This document shows positions 8,505 through 17,088 of a stretch of 64,000 nt of DNA, piece after piece; positions within the stretch are counted from its first letter, which is position 1; every line of letters starts with the position of its first letter. The stretch spans positions 893-64,892 of the forward strand of contig DHGE01000126.1 of the NCBI GenBank assembly GCA_002402635.1, given 5' to 3'. The notes beneath the pieces were generated by a model. The model saw nothing but the letters and a program-made list of their open reading frames with translations. It made no database searches and had not been told where the DNA came from. Made by a program: the position numbers and the translations under genes. The DNA is from Deferribacterales bacterium UBA4806 (GTDB lineage: Bacteria > Chrysiogenota > Deferribacteres > Deferribacterales > UBA228).

Positions 8505-9429
8505 TTATACAACCCTCCTTATTTAAGGTATTTCCACACAAAGGGCAAACCCCGCCAAATTCCTTTATTAAATCATTAAAAGTTTTATCTAAATCCTTCA
8601 ATTGTACTCTAAAATTTTCTATTTTACCTAATTTATTCTGGTATAAACTTAACTTTTCCGATATAATATCCATTTGTTTTAATTGGTCTTGTAATTCTTT
8701 ATATTCCTTTTCTATTCCTTCTATTGTATCCAATACATTATCAATATGTTTATATTTAGCTATCTTTTCATTTAACTTTTCATATCTATCTAACAACTGT
8801 AAAACATTATCACATACCTCTTTTTCCTTTTCTAACCCTTTATATTCCTTTTCCAAATCCTCATATAATTTATAATACTTTGATAAATCTTGATATTGTT
8901 TATATTTTTCTTTTAATTGCTTTATACTGCTTTCTGTATTCTTTATATTGTTAGTAGTACTTCTAATCTCCTTTCCAACTTTATCCAAACAATTATTTAT
9001 ATCCTCCAAATCAACTAAACTATTTATATAATCATTAATCTGACTTGGTGTTAAACTAACTAAAAATGGACTATCAAATTGAAATTGAAAATTTATCTCT
9101 TTTAAATTTAATAATTTATTAATTGTATCAGGTATATCATTGCCAAAGGCTCTAAAATATTCCTCACCCAACTTGTAAAAATTATCCTTCTTATCTTTAT
9201 AACGCTCCAAAACAATATCATCTATATTTAACCTTACATTTACAAAATCGGTACCAAACTTTTTAAACTCAATTCCCAAAGGTCTATTAAACGTAACCCA
9301 TCTTAACGCTCTTATAATAGCAGACTTTCCCACATCACTTTGTCCTACTATAACATTCAATCCCTCAGTAAAATCTATCTTCAAATTACTGTGCTTTTGA
9401 AAGTTTTGTAAGGTTAAACTCTTTATCAC
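8497..9429 (-). CDS. Rad50/SbcC-type ATPase, N-terminal half only (Walker A, coiled coil, zinc hook)
   Basis: MIKSLTLQNFQKH...VIVGQSDVGKSAIIRAL (Walker A), a long coiled coil, and C-terminal CPLCGN (CxxC hook). No signature or Walker B. Confidence 0.7.
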   Translation of the reverse strand: MIKSLTLQNFQKHSNLKIDFTEGLNVIVGQSDVGKSAIIRALRWVTFNRPLGIEFKKFGTDFVNVRLNIDDIVLERYKDKKDNFYKLGEEYFRAFGNDIPDTINKLLNLKEINFQFQFDSPFLVSLTPSQINDYINSLVDLEDINNCLDKVGKEIRSTTNNIKNTESSIKQLKEKYKQYQDLSKYYKLYEDLEKEYKGLEKEKEVCDNVLQLLDRYEKLNEKIAKYKHIDNVLDTIEGIEKEYKELQDQLKQMDIISEKLSLYQNKLGKIENFRVQLKDLDKTFNDLIKEFGGVCPLCGNTLNKEGCINE

Positions 9430-9983
9430 ATTACATCTCCTGCTACAATATTTAACAATTCTTCCAATTTAAAACAATAGTAATCTTTACCCTCCAAACT
9501 AAAATGTAAGAAATTGCCTTGTATAGATAATCTTTCCCAAGTTATATTATTTACTATAACCACAATAGGTTTTCTATCCTGTTTCCAAATTAATAAAAAC
9601 TCTTTTTTACCACTATTTTTCATTTCAATTTCTAGTTTTCTAACCCAATTATGCAGAATATCATCGTCCTTCCAAATAATGCTCAATAACTTTACATCAT
9701 TATAACCTCGTTTTAATTCTATTATATACCTATCTAACAGAATTTTACCTTGTTCGTCTCGATAACTAATATCTCCTACTGCATTCTCAGTCATTTTATT
9801 ATTTAACATTCTTTGTGTAAATCTTGCTCCACTACTATCACTACGCCAGAATATATCATCCCTTTCCCCACCACTTACCCACAAGGATAATTTTTTACTA
9901 ATAAATCTTTCAAAATCATTGCCTTTATTTTTACCCATACCTTTTCTTGTTAAAATCATATTACGCCTCAAGTTTAAATTCAA
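9426..9983 (-). CDS. Hjc-like PD-(D/E)XK nuclease (candidate Holliday junction resolvase)
   Basis: KGNDFERFISKKL, WRSDSSGAR and VGDIS...YIIELKRGY match the G-x-x-FER / SG / D / E-x-K pattern. Confidence 0.45.
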   Translation of the reverse strand: MNLNLRRNMILTRKGMGKNKGNDFERFISKKLSLWVSGGERDDIFWRSDSSGARFTQRMLNNKMTENAVGDISYRDEQGKILLDRYIIELKRGYNDVKLLSIIWKDDDILHNWVRKLEIEMKNSGKKEFLLIWKQDRKPIVVIVNNITWERLSIQGNFLHFSLEGKDYYCFKLEELLNIVAGDVM

Positions 9984-10614
9984 TTCCTGCTGTTTTCCAA
10001 AAATCTCTCAACCATAAATCTATCGTAGTTATAAGTGGGGCTTTGTCAATATTAAATATACAAAAAACACCTTTGATATTGAAACTCCACTGTAGTATCT
10101 TATAATAAGTATTCTCAATCACCATCTGCTTGCTAACATCTGCAAAATCCCACATTACCATATACCTAAATTTTCCAAAAGTGTTAGGTTCTATACTTAA
10201 TAGAGCATCTACATCAATTTGAAAGCTATTAAATAATGACCTATCACTTAATAACATTATCTCCTTATTTTCGAAATCCAACATATTGTTTGTTAAATAA
10301 GCAAAGTTAACCCTATACATACCTCTACAATATTGTAATATATCCACACTTATGCCGTGCTCTTCTTTTTTAAAAGCAACACCGGAACCTCGTCTAGCAA
10401 TACTTTCTTCATCCAGTCTTAAATTCTCCCTATTAAAAATTATTACAGGCAAATCAGGTTTATTTATTTTTTCTCTCTCTCTAATACTTCTTAAATGTCT
10501 AATTGTAGTTTCATAATCAAGGTCTTCATTATAAATTATCCCATCAACTTGTAATCTATCCTTAACTCTATCTGTTAAACTTTTTAAACTAAAACTAACA
10601 TTCGATATTAACAT
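9961..10614 (-). CDS. hypothetical protein
   Basis: ORF in the tiling. Confidence 0.5.
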   Translation of the reverse strand: MLISNVSFSLKSLTDRVKDRLQVDGIIYNEDLDYETTIRHLRSIREREKINKPDLPVIIFNRENLRLDEESIARRGSGVAFKKEEHGISVDILQYCRGMYRVNFAYLTNNMLDFENKEIMLLSDRSLFNSFQIDVDALLSIEPNTFGKFRYMVMWDFADVSKQMVIENTYYKILQWSFNIKGVFCIFNIDKAPLITTIDLWLRDFWKTAGIEFKLEA

Positions 10615-10618
10615 TATT

Positions 10619-11026
10619 TTATCCTTTATTTATGTTTTTCCATACAGTATTTACTACATAATTCGCATCAAAATCCTCTTCAATCTTAGAGCTAATAAAT
10701 TCCCTAACTTCCTTCAAATATTGCTTAACCCCTTCCTCGCCGTATTTTTCTTTTATGCTTTCTGCCTCTTTTTGAATCAAAGATATACTATACGTAAGAA
10801 TATCCTCATTTTTCATAACATCCCCCAAATATTTTGACAAAGCTTCTACTATCAAATTCGGAATATTTGTATTTTTTCTTACTGCTTCAAAAAACATAAA
10901 CTTATACAAAATTTTTGGACAATGAAAACACATATACTTTACGTCATCCTTCATAGTACTAAGTTTTTCATCAGTATGTTTTAGTGAAAAATCCTTTTTT
11001 AATCGCTTAGGTATCCCTCTTCTCAT
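10619..11026 (-). CDS. hypothetical protein (possible RHH-like DNA binder)
   Basis: NIPNLIVEALSKYLG resembles a ribbon-helix-helix helix. Weak evidence. Confidence 0.4.
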   Translation of the reverse strand: MRRGIPKRLKKDFSLKHTDEKLSTMKDDVKYMCFHCPKILYKFMFFEAVRKNTNIPNLIVEALSKYLGDVMKNEDILTYSISLIQKEAESIKEKYGEEGVKQYLKEVREFISSKIEEDFDANYVVNTVWKNINKG

Positions 11027-11035
11027 AATGCTACC

Positions 11036-11893
11036 TCACTTTATTAAATTTTTATCCTGATACAGTTTTTCTGCTTTCTTTCTTTCCCAAGTTTTCTTTA
11101 CTGCTTCCGTTCTCTTTTTTATATGCTCTTCAGTTTGTTTTTTACCCTTTATCCAAGTGAGTTTACCTTTCTTTGCTTCTGATTTTTTTCGTCTTGTTTC
11201 TTCACTATCTTTTTTACCTTGTAATGATTTAGATATTTTTTTCTTTTCCTCTTCTGTACGAGGTATTCCTTTATTCCAAGGAGATATACCATACATAGGG
11301 TTCTTTTCACCAATTTTTGATACTGATTTTTTTAATCTTATCTCTTCGTTATCTTTTCTACCTTTCATTGCTTCCAACTTTTTTCGTCTTGTTTCTTCAC
11401 TATCTTTTTTACCTTTATTACCTTCTCTTATTTTTTGTATTGTTTCTTCAGAAGGATGCTTCCCATATAAAGGATGGTTTTTACCACTAAGACTTTCTGA
11501 TACTTTTCTTCTATGTTCTTCAGTACGTATTTTTCCTTTATTACTTGCTCCTATTTTTTTCTTACGTTCTTCTGAACATTTTACTCCTAATATATTTCCT
11601 GCTGTAGGTGATATATTATATAAATTTTTTATCCCATAAGTATTTATAGCTCTTTGCTCATAAAATAACAAATTTTCTTTGTCACAATATAATAAAGGCT
11701 TAAATTCAAAATTTTCTTCCCCATATTTATTCCAAACATTTTGTAAATAAATACAATGGTGTTTATTTTTCATTAAATCTCTTTTATGATTCTTAAATCT
11801 ACCCTTCAAATTTATAGCACTTCCTACATATAATTTCCCATTAACTTTATTTTCTATTATATAAATCCCTGTATTAAACTTAGATTTTTTCAT
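11036..11893 (-). CDS. GIY-YIG homing endonuclease with NUMOD3 repeats (paralog of 1986..2798)
   Basis: GIYIIENKVNGKLYVGSA. The N-terminal roughly 110 aa align colinearly with 1986..2798. Repeats of the type GKNHPLYGKHPSEETIQKI. Confidence 0.85.
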   Translation of the reverse strand: MKKSKFNTGIYIIENKVNGKLYVGSAINLKGRFKNHKRDLMKNKHHCIYLQNVWNKYGEENFEFKPLLYCDKENLLFYEQRAINTYGIKNLYNISPTAGNILGVKCSEERKKKIGASNKGKIRTEEHRRKVSESLSGKNHPLYGKHPSEETIQKIREGNKGKKDSEETRRKKLEAMKGRKDNEEIRLKKSVSKIGEKNPMYGISPWNKGIPRTEEEKKKISKSLQGKKDSEETRRKKSEAKKGKLTWIKGKKQTEEHIKKRTEAVKKTWERKKAEKLYQDKNLIK

Positions 11894-12912
11894 CTCTTTT
11901 TACTCCTACCAGATTTAAAATTATCCTCTATAGACCTCCATAAATTAATAACTTCCTGTTTCAACTTATCCTCTAATCCATTCTCTTCTACAATCTGAAT
12001 AGCTTTCTCCATACTTCTATCCAATACTTGTCCTTCTAATGTATATACCGTAGTGTTAGTATGGTCTTTTATAAATTGTAAATTATCCCTTATTGTATCA
12101 ATTCCATAATCAAAAATTATAGTTAAAGGGGCTGTCCTAAACGGGGTATCTACACTTGACTTAAAAACTTCAATTTCTGTCTGTACACCAACAACTCTCG
12201 ATATTTCTTTTCCTTCCACCTTTTTCTTTACTTTTATTTTACTGGGATTAATACAACGTAATCTTAAACTACTATAAAATCCTATAGCCTCTCCGCCTGG
12301 GGTTTTATACTTTTGTCCAAACATCCCAGCATCCGCATTTTGTCTTAGCTGATTAGAGCACACCATTAGAAATCCTTTTTGAGCCAAATATCTACAAGTT
12401 AACCTACATTGTTCAGAAAACTCCTTAGCTCTACGCATTCCATATTGGTCTTTTCCATCCTCTTCCCATTGAGTACTAAGAGCCGCAAGACTATCAGCAA
12501 ATATTCCGTGAATAACATCAGAAGGTTCTGGGTTCCATTTTCTAATAGGCTCAAAAACTTCAGTAACGGTAGATGGTATATCATAATCCATTCCTTCTAT
12601 ATCCAATCCGAACATTTTAGCATATTGTTTATTCAATCTAGCCTCTGGGTCTCTAAACATTATCTTACCGCCTTGTCTCTGTACATTTCCTGCTATTTCA
12701 CACAACAAGGTAGTTTTTCCAGAAGCTGGTAGCCCACTAATCTCTACCATAATTCCACCTGGTATTCCTCCTTCAGAAAAACGACCCCCACTGATAGCGA
12801 GGTCAAGTAAAGTACTACCAGTGGAGATTACTTTATCATTTCCCATAAATTCTGATTTTTCCTCTATGTCTTTCATAACATACTCCTCAACCTGTTTCGT
12901 TAATTTACTCAT
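11890..12912 (-). CDS. RecA-family recombinase (UvsX/RecA-like)
   Basis: STGSTLLDLAISGG...GGIMVEISGLPASGKTTLLCEIAG (RecA core with Walker A). Confidence 0.8.
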   Translation of the reverse strand: MSKLTKQVEEYVMKDIEEKSEFMGNDKVISTGSTLLDLAISGGRFSEGGIPGGIMVEISGLPASGKTTLLCEIAGNVQRQGGKIMFRDPEARLNKQYAKMFGLDIEGMDYDIPSTVTEVFEPIRKWNPEPSDVIHGIFADSLAALSTQWEEDGKDQYGMRRAKEFSEQCRLTCRYLAQKGFLMVCSNQLRQNADAGMFGQKYKTPGGEAIGFYSSLRLRCINPSKIKVKKKVEGKEISRVVGVQTEIEVFKSSVDTPFRTAPLTIIFDYGIDTIRDNLQFIKDHTNTTVYTLEGQVLDRSMEKAIQIVEENGLEDKLKQEVINLWRSIEDNFKSGRSKKR

Positions 12913-14020
12913 TTAATTCCTTCCCATCCAAACACTCACCCCAGACATCACAATCCTCACATTCATCAAACTCATCGGTATCCTTTCCGAAAACGTGACC
13001 ATAAGGACATTTATTATCCTTTTTATTTCTCCCAGATACTTCTTTTTTGGGTTTTTCCTTTACAACTTCTACTTTTTCATTCTCTTCATTCTCTTCATCT
13101 GTATCCTCTTCTATCTCTTCATCTTCATCAAAATCATTATCTACATTATCCCAATCTTCATCTTCATCTTCTATTTCTTTTTCCTCTTTTACTTCTTTCC
13201 TATTTAAAATTCTTACCTTCTCTTGTTTTTGAGTAGTTTCATTAATCTCTTCCAATTCATCTTCATCATTATCTTCTACATCCTCTGGGACTCCATAAAA
13301 CAATTCTTTGATTTCGTTATAAGATTTTACAATTAAAAGCTCATCTAATTTCGGAACTTGACTTAATATTTTCTCATCATATTTCTTAGTTCTTTCTTCA
13401 AAATCAATTCTTGAAATCCCGGCAAACTTATTTTTCCCGATAGCCTCCTCACTAAACCTGATACGAAGTGTATATCCATCTTCCGGGTCAAAGAAGGCAG
13501 CATACTCTTCATTCTCAAGTATTTCGTCCGCAAGTTTATTTTGAAACAAAAATTGGCTAATATCCCAAATATGAGGTTTTTCCTCATACTCGGAATTATC
13601 AATGGGGACTACTACATACAGATTTCGAATTGAAAAATTAAGAGCTTTTACATCCTCATCATTGTATCTTTTTCCTTCCTTGATTAGGTTCGCCTTGTAC
13701 TCACAGATAGGACAAGGCTTCTTAAACGTAGTAGGACAAATTACCACATTATTATTTTCACCTACGTTTCTGTGAATTCTAAATGGACGCTTATACCAAT
13801 AAGTTCCTGCTACAGCTCTCCCCAACTCTTCATCTTTATCCATATGAAACTTGTCTGTAACCAAATAAGGTAGAAAATCAAGTTTAACTTTACCACCCGG
13901 CTCTTCTTTAAAAATGTTAATGTCCTTAATCAATCGCAAATACCCATAACTGGTCTCTCCTGACTTTTTCTGCCTAATTTCTGAAACTACTAAATCTTTA
14001 AAGCTTGTTCTTTTTTTCAT
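12905..14020 (-). CDS. gp32-like ssDNA-binding protein with acidic tail and an extra C-terminal Cys cluster
   Basis: H...C-x7-C-x2-C (IHRNVGENNNVVICPTTFKKPCPICEY) has spacing like the T4 gp32 zinc site. A long D/E tract follows. Then CPYGH...CEDCDVWGEC. Confidence 0.55.
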   Translation of the reverse strand: MKKRTSFKDLVVSEIRQKKSGETSYGYLRLIKDINIFKEEPGGKVKLDFLPYLVTDKFHMDKDEELGRAVAGTYWYKRPFRIHRNVGENNNVVICPTTFKKPCPICEYKANLIKEGKRYNDEDVKALNFSIRNLYVVVPIDNSEYEEKPHIWDISQFLFQNKLADEILENEEYAAFFDPEDGYTLRIRFSEEAIGKNKFAGISRIDFEERTKKYDEKILSQVPKLDELLIVKSYNEIKELFYGVPEDVEDNDEDELEEINETTQKQEKVRILNRKEVKEEKEIEDEDEDWDNVDNDFDEDEEIEEDTDEENEENEKVEVVKEKPKKEVSGRNKKDNKCPYGHVFGKDTDEFDECEDCDVWGECLDGKELNE

Positions 14021-14499
14021 TTATTGCCTCCTTTTGCCCTTTGGGCAATTATTTTATCAACTTTATCTATCTTATTATTCAATTCTTGTGTTAGATTTCT
14101 AGGTTCTTTCGGCCCAGCAAAATATTGAAGACCAAAAAGTTTTACCAAATTTTCTAAAGCGTCCCTTCTTTGTTCCATTGCCTTAACTACTGCCTGTGCG
14201 ATATCATAATTATATTTTGCTTCTAAATACTCGTCAGAAGCCTCTTTGTACTCATCTTGTAACAATATGGTATTTTGAATTGCTGATTCTGTTAATTTAT
14301 CAATATTATAATATTCAGGTCTTTTTCTAATACTACTATCAAGTTGGGCTTTTATAACATCCAACTTCTCCTTCTTTAAATCTAATTCTTTTCTACAATC
14401 CGCTAAATACTTACAATATCTTATCATCTTGAGAGGTTGCTGAAGCCACTCTATATCCAAGCAACTCTCATCTATTTTTACATCACTTTCGAAATTCAT
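14017..14499 (-). CDS. hypothetical protein, possible UvsY-like recombination mediator
   Basis: Position directly upstream of the gp32-like and RecA-like genes. Helical, about 160 aa, loosely colinear with the remembered T4 UvsY pattern. Confidence 0.3.
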   Translation of the reverse strand: MNFESDVKIDESCLDIEWLQQPLKMIRYCKYLADCRKELDLKKEKLDVIKAQLDSSIRKRPEYYNIDKLTESAIQNTILLQDEYKEASDEYLEAKYNYDIAQAVVKAMEQRRDALENLVKLFGLQYFAGPKEPRNLTQELNNKIDKVDKIIAQRAKGGNK

Positions 14500-14702
14500 T
14501 TTAAACCTCCTTCCTCATTTTTATTTTCGCTATCTTTTTCTTTTTTATGTAAACATAAAGAATAAAATTGACAGATAGCTTTCAAACGCCCCAGTGTTAT
14601 TGCTTTACTTAAAGCATAAGCAAAAATAGTTAATACCAAAAAAGCTAATATAATGATTACAAAGTACATTATAAAAGCAATAACCGTTATAGATGATTCC
14701 AT
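14496..14702 (-). CDS. small membrane protein
   Basis: One hydrophobic helix (VIAFIMYFVIIILAFLVLTIFAYAL). Confidence 0.4.
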   Translation of the reverse strand: MESSITVIAFIMYFVIIILAFLVLTIFAYALSKAITLGRLKAICQFYSLCLHKKEKDSENKNEEGGLK

Positions 14703-14717
14703 ATTATCTCTCCTTTT

Positions 14718-15635
14718 TTATTCTACAAAAACAATTCTGTAACATCTTAATACCAACCCCGGAAAACCAGAAGCATATAAATCATTTTCCATCTCTTCCA
14801 TTATTCTTGCTACTGTATGATTTTGTGAAGATTTTAATAAGGTAGTCTGACAATACCCTAATATTGCTCTACGAATATTTTCAGGCTCTTCATCCATCAA
14901 CCCAGAAAGAATATTAGCTACTTTTTTCCACCCCGTATTATTCAACAAAGCCCTACACAATTCAATTACCTGAGATTGTTTTTCTGCTGTTTGTTTTGCT
15001 ACTGCTAACCTTTGCTCAGGTTCTACCACTAAAACCTGTTCCAAAATCTGAAGGGCATTTCTGGGGTGCCCTAAGCTATCTTGAACTATTTGTTCTAGTA
15101 CCTCTTTTTCCAATTTCTGATTTTCTTTTCTATACACTCTATGAAGAAGTTTAGTCATCTGAGTTTCATTTAATAACTGTACCTGAAATTGAGAACAACG
15201 CCCCCTAATGGTAGGTAGAAGTTTTTGAGGTTCCGTGGTACATAAAATAAAATACACGTGAGGTGGAGTATCTTCCAATATCTTCAACATAGCATTCTGG
15301 GCATCCCCTGTCATTTTATGAACTTCGTCTATTACCCATACTTTACAATCCCCTTCCAAAGGTTTAAACTGGGATTGTCTTCTAATCTCCCTAACAGTAT
15401 CAATCCCTCTAAAATCTGCTGAATCAATCTCCCTGTAATCACTGCCCTTACACCCCAATTCTTTCGACATAATTCTAGCAAGGGTAGTTTTTCCACAACC
15501 AGTAGGGCCGTGTAAAAGATAGGAATGAGGACGATTATTCTTATCTGCTATTAAATTTTTAATAGCTTCTATTACATTTTCATTTCCTATTATTTCTTCA
15601 AATGTACTCGGTCTATACTTTAAATATAAGCTCAT
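14718..15635 (-). CDS. AAA+ clamp loader (DnaX gamma/tau- or RFC-like)
   Basis: YRPSTFEEIIGNE, LLHGPTGCGKTTLARI, VWVIDEVHKM, RGRCSQFQ (SRC-like). Confidence 0.8.
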   Translation of the reverse strand: MSLYLKYRPSTFEEIIGNENVIEAIKNLIADKNNRPHSYLLHGPTGCGKTTLARIMSKELGCKGSDYREIDSADFRGIDTVREIRRQSQFKPLEGDCKVWVIDEVHKMTGDAQNAMLKILEDTPPHVYFILCTTEPQKLLPTIRGRCSQFQVQLLNETQMTKLLHRVYRKENQKLEKEVLEQIVQDSLGHPRNALQILEQVLVVEPEQRLAVAKQTAEKQSQVIELCRALLNNTGWKKVANILSGLMDEEPENIRRAILGYCQTTLLKSSQNHTVARIMEEMENDLYASGFPGLVLRCYRIVFVE

Positions 15636-15648
15636 ATATTATCTCCCT

Positions 15649-15687
15649 CTATATATATTATAAGTAAAATTGCCATTTCATTTAGGG
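15649..15687 (-). promoter_or_regulatory. phage-specific promoter-like motif (upstream of the clamp loader)
   Basis: Minus strand: CCCTAAATGAAAT-N11-TTATAATATATATAG. Confidence 0.45.
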
Positions 15688-17073
15688 TAAATTTAAAAAT
15701 TTTCTTTCTCCCCAAGATTTATCCACCTCTGCTTTCTCTACTTCCACTGTTAAAGGTATGTTTATCCATTTCCAATTTTCCCTAATATCCTCTGTAGCTA
15801 TTCTAACCATTAACTTTATAGCATTATCACACTCTTCAGGTAAAATATCAGCCGTTATTTCATCGTGAATTTGGGATACTAATCTACTATCCATTTTATG
15901 CTCCCTAAATACTCTATCAATTTCTACAAATGCCCAAAGTAAACAATGAAAAGCAGTCCCCTGAAAGGGATAATTAGTTATATCTTTTTTACTCATCAAT
16001 CCATAACAGCGAAAACCTGTTTTCATCTCAATATATCCTTTTTTCTGATACTCATACCATACCTTATCTTTCCATCTACTATATTGTTTATATCTCACAT
16101 TCCAAAACTGGTCTTCTACTTTTCTAACGTGCTCCAAAAACTTATCAAATTTTTTAACATTACCTGATTTATCAAGCGTAATTAGTTCCTTATCCTTCAA
16201 ATGAACCAAAGCTGGAGTATCATCTTTGAGATAAGCCTGTCTTGCCCATTTAAGAAGATTTAATACACAATTTCCATAGTAATCTCCATAAAATTGTGGG
16301 AATACAAAACCATTTTTTGCTCCCTGTCTTAATACAGCTTCTCCAGAATGTCTTTTATCCAAATCATCCAACATATATAACTCTATAGCCATATCTTTGT
16401 GCATATCTCCGTGTAGAACATCATAACATAATTTTTCATCTTCTACATAACAAACTGCCATTTTTACTTCAATAGCCGAGTAATCCATAGAAACAAATTG
16501 GTGTCCTGGTCTCGGAAACAAAGCCTCTCTACATATTTTTGTAGCTTCCTTATCTCTCTTGGGTATATTTTGAAAATTTGGACTATCGCTAGAAGAGCGA
16601 AAAGTCTTAGTTAAATGTAAATTAAAAAATGGGTGAATATAGCCATTTACCTGCTCTCTCATAAACGCATCCAAATAAGTATCTCTAATCTTACGAAACT
16701 TTCTCATCTCCAATAACATATCCAATTCTGGTATATCTAACTCTGATAAAGCTTCTTCATCTGTAGCCGGTTGCCCTGATTCTGTAAATCTTACAGGTTT
16801 TAATTTTAGTATTGAATATAAAAATCTGCTCAACTGAGGATTTGAATTAAGGTTAGGTCTTTTCCCACCAATTGACCTGCTCCATTTTTTCCCAAAATTA
16901 CTTTCATAAATTTTCTGTTCTAATTCTGCTATTCTAATTGTCAACTCTTCTTTTTTTCTCTTACAATATTCCATATCCACTCTCATTCCTGTATATTCTG
17001 CTCTTTGTAAGGCTAAAGCTCCTTTATGAAAAAGTTCATAGGCTTCCTTTGTACTAGGTACACTTTTAACCAT
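15682..17073 (-). CDS. polA: family A DNA polymerase, polymerase (palm/fingers/thumb) subunit only
   Basis: SSSDSPNFQNIPKR, RQGAKNGFVFPQFYG (motif B) and QIHDEI (motif C). ATG at 17073 has GAGG 8 nt upstream; the track start at 17079 is TTG. Confidence 0.85.
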   Translation of the reverse strand: MVKSVPSTKEAYELFHKGALALQRAEYTGMRVDMEYCKRKKEELTIRIAELEQKIYESNFGKKWSRSIGGKRPNLNSNPQLSRFLYSILKLKPVRFTESGQPATDEEALSELDIPELDMLLEMRKFRKIRDTYLDAFMREQVNGYIHPFFNLHLTKTFRSSSDSPNFQNIPKRDKEATKICREALFPRPGHQFVSMDYSAIEVKMAVCYVEDEKLCYDVLHGDMHKDMAIELYMLDDLDKRHSGEAVLRQGAKNGFVFPQFYGDYYGNCVLNLLKWARQAYLKDDTPALVHLKDKELITLDKSGNVKKFDKFLEHVRKVEDQFWNVRYKQYSRWKDKVWYEYQKKGYIEMKTGFRCYGLMSKKDITNYPFQGTAFHCLLWAFVEIDRVFREHKMDSRLVSQIHDEITADILPEECDNAIKLMVRIATEDIRENWKWINIPLTVEVEKAEVDKSWGERKFLNLP

Positions 17074-17088
17074 TAGCAAAACCTCATT

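Noticed and set aside
12995-13232. Antisense ORFs 12995..13207 and 13047..13232
   Set aside because: These are shadows of the acidic D/E tract of the gp32-like gene, with low-complexity F/I/S products. The same reasoning applies to 24282..24710, 42647..43195, 8483..8875 and the other nested opposite-strand ORFs in the track.
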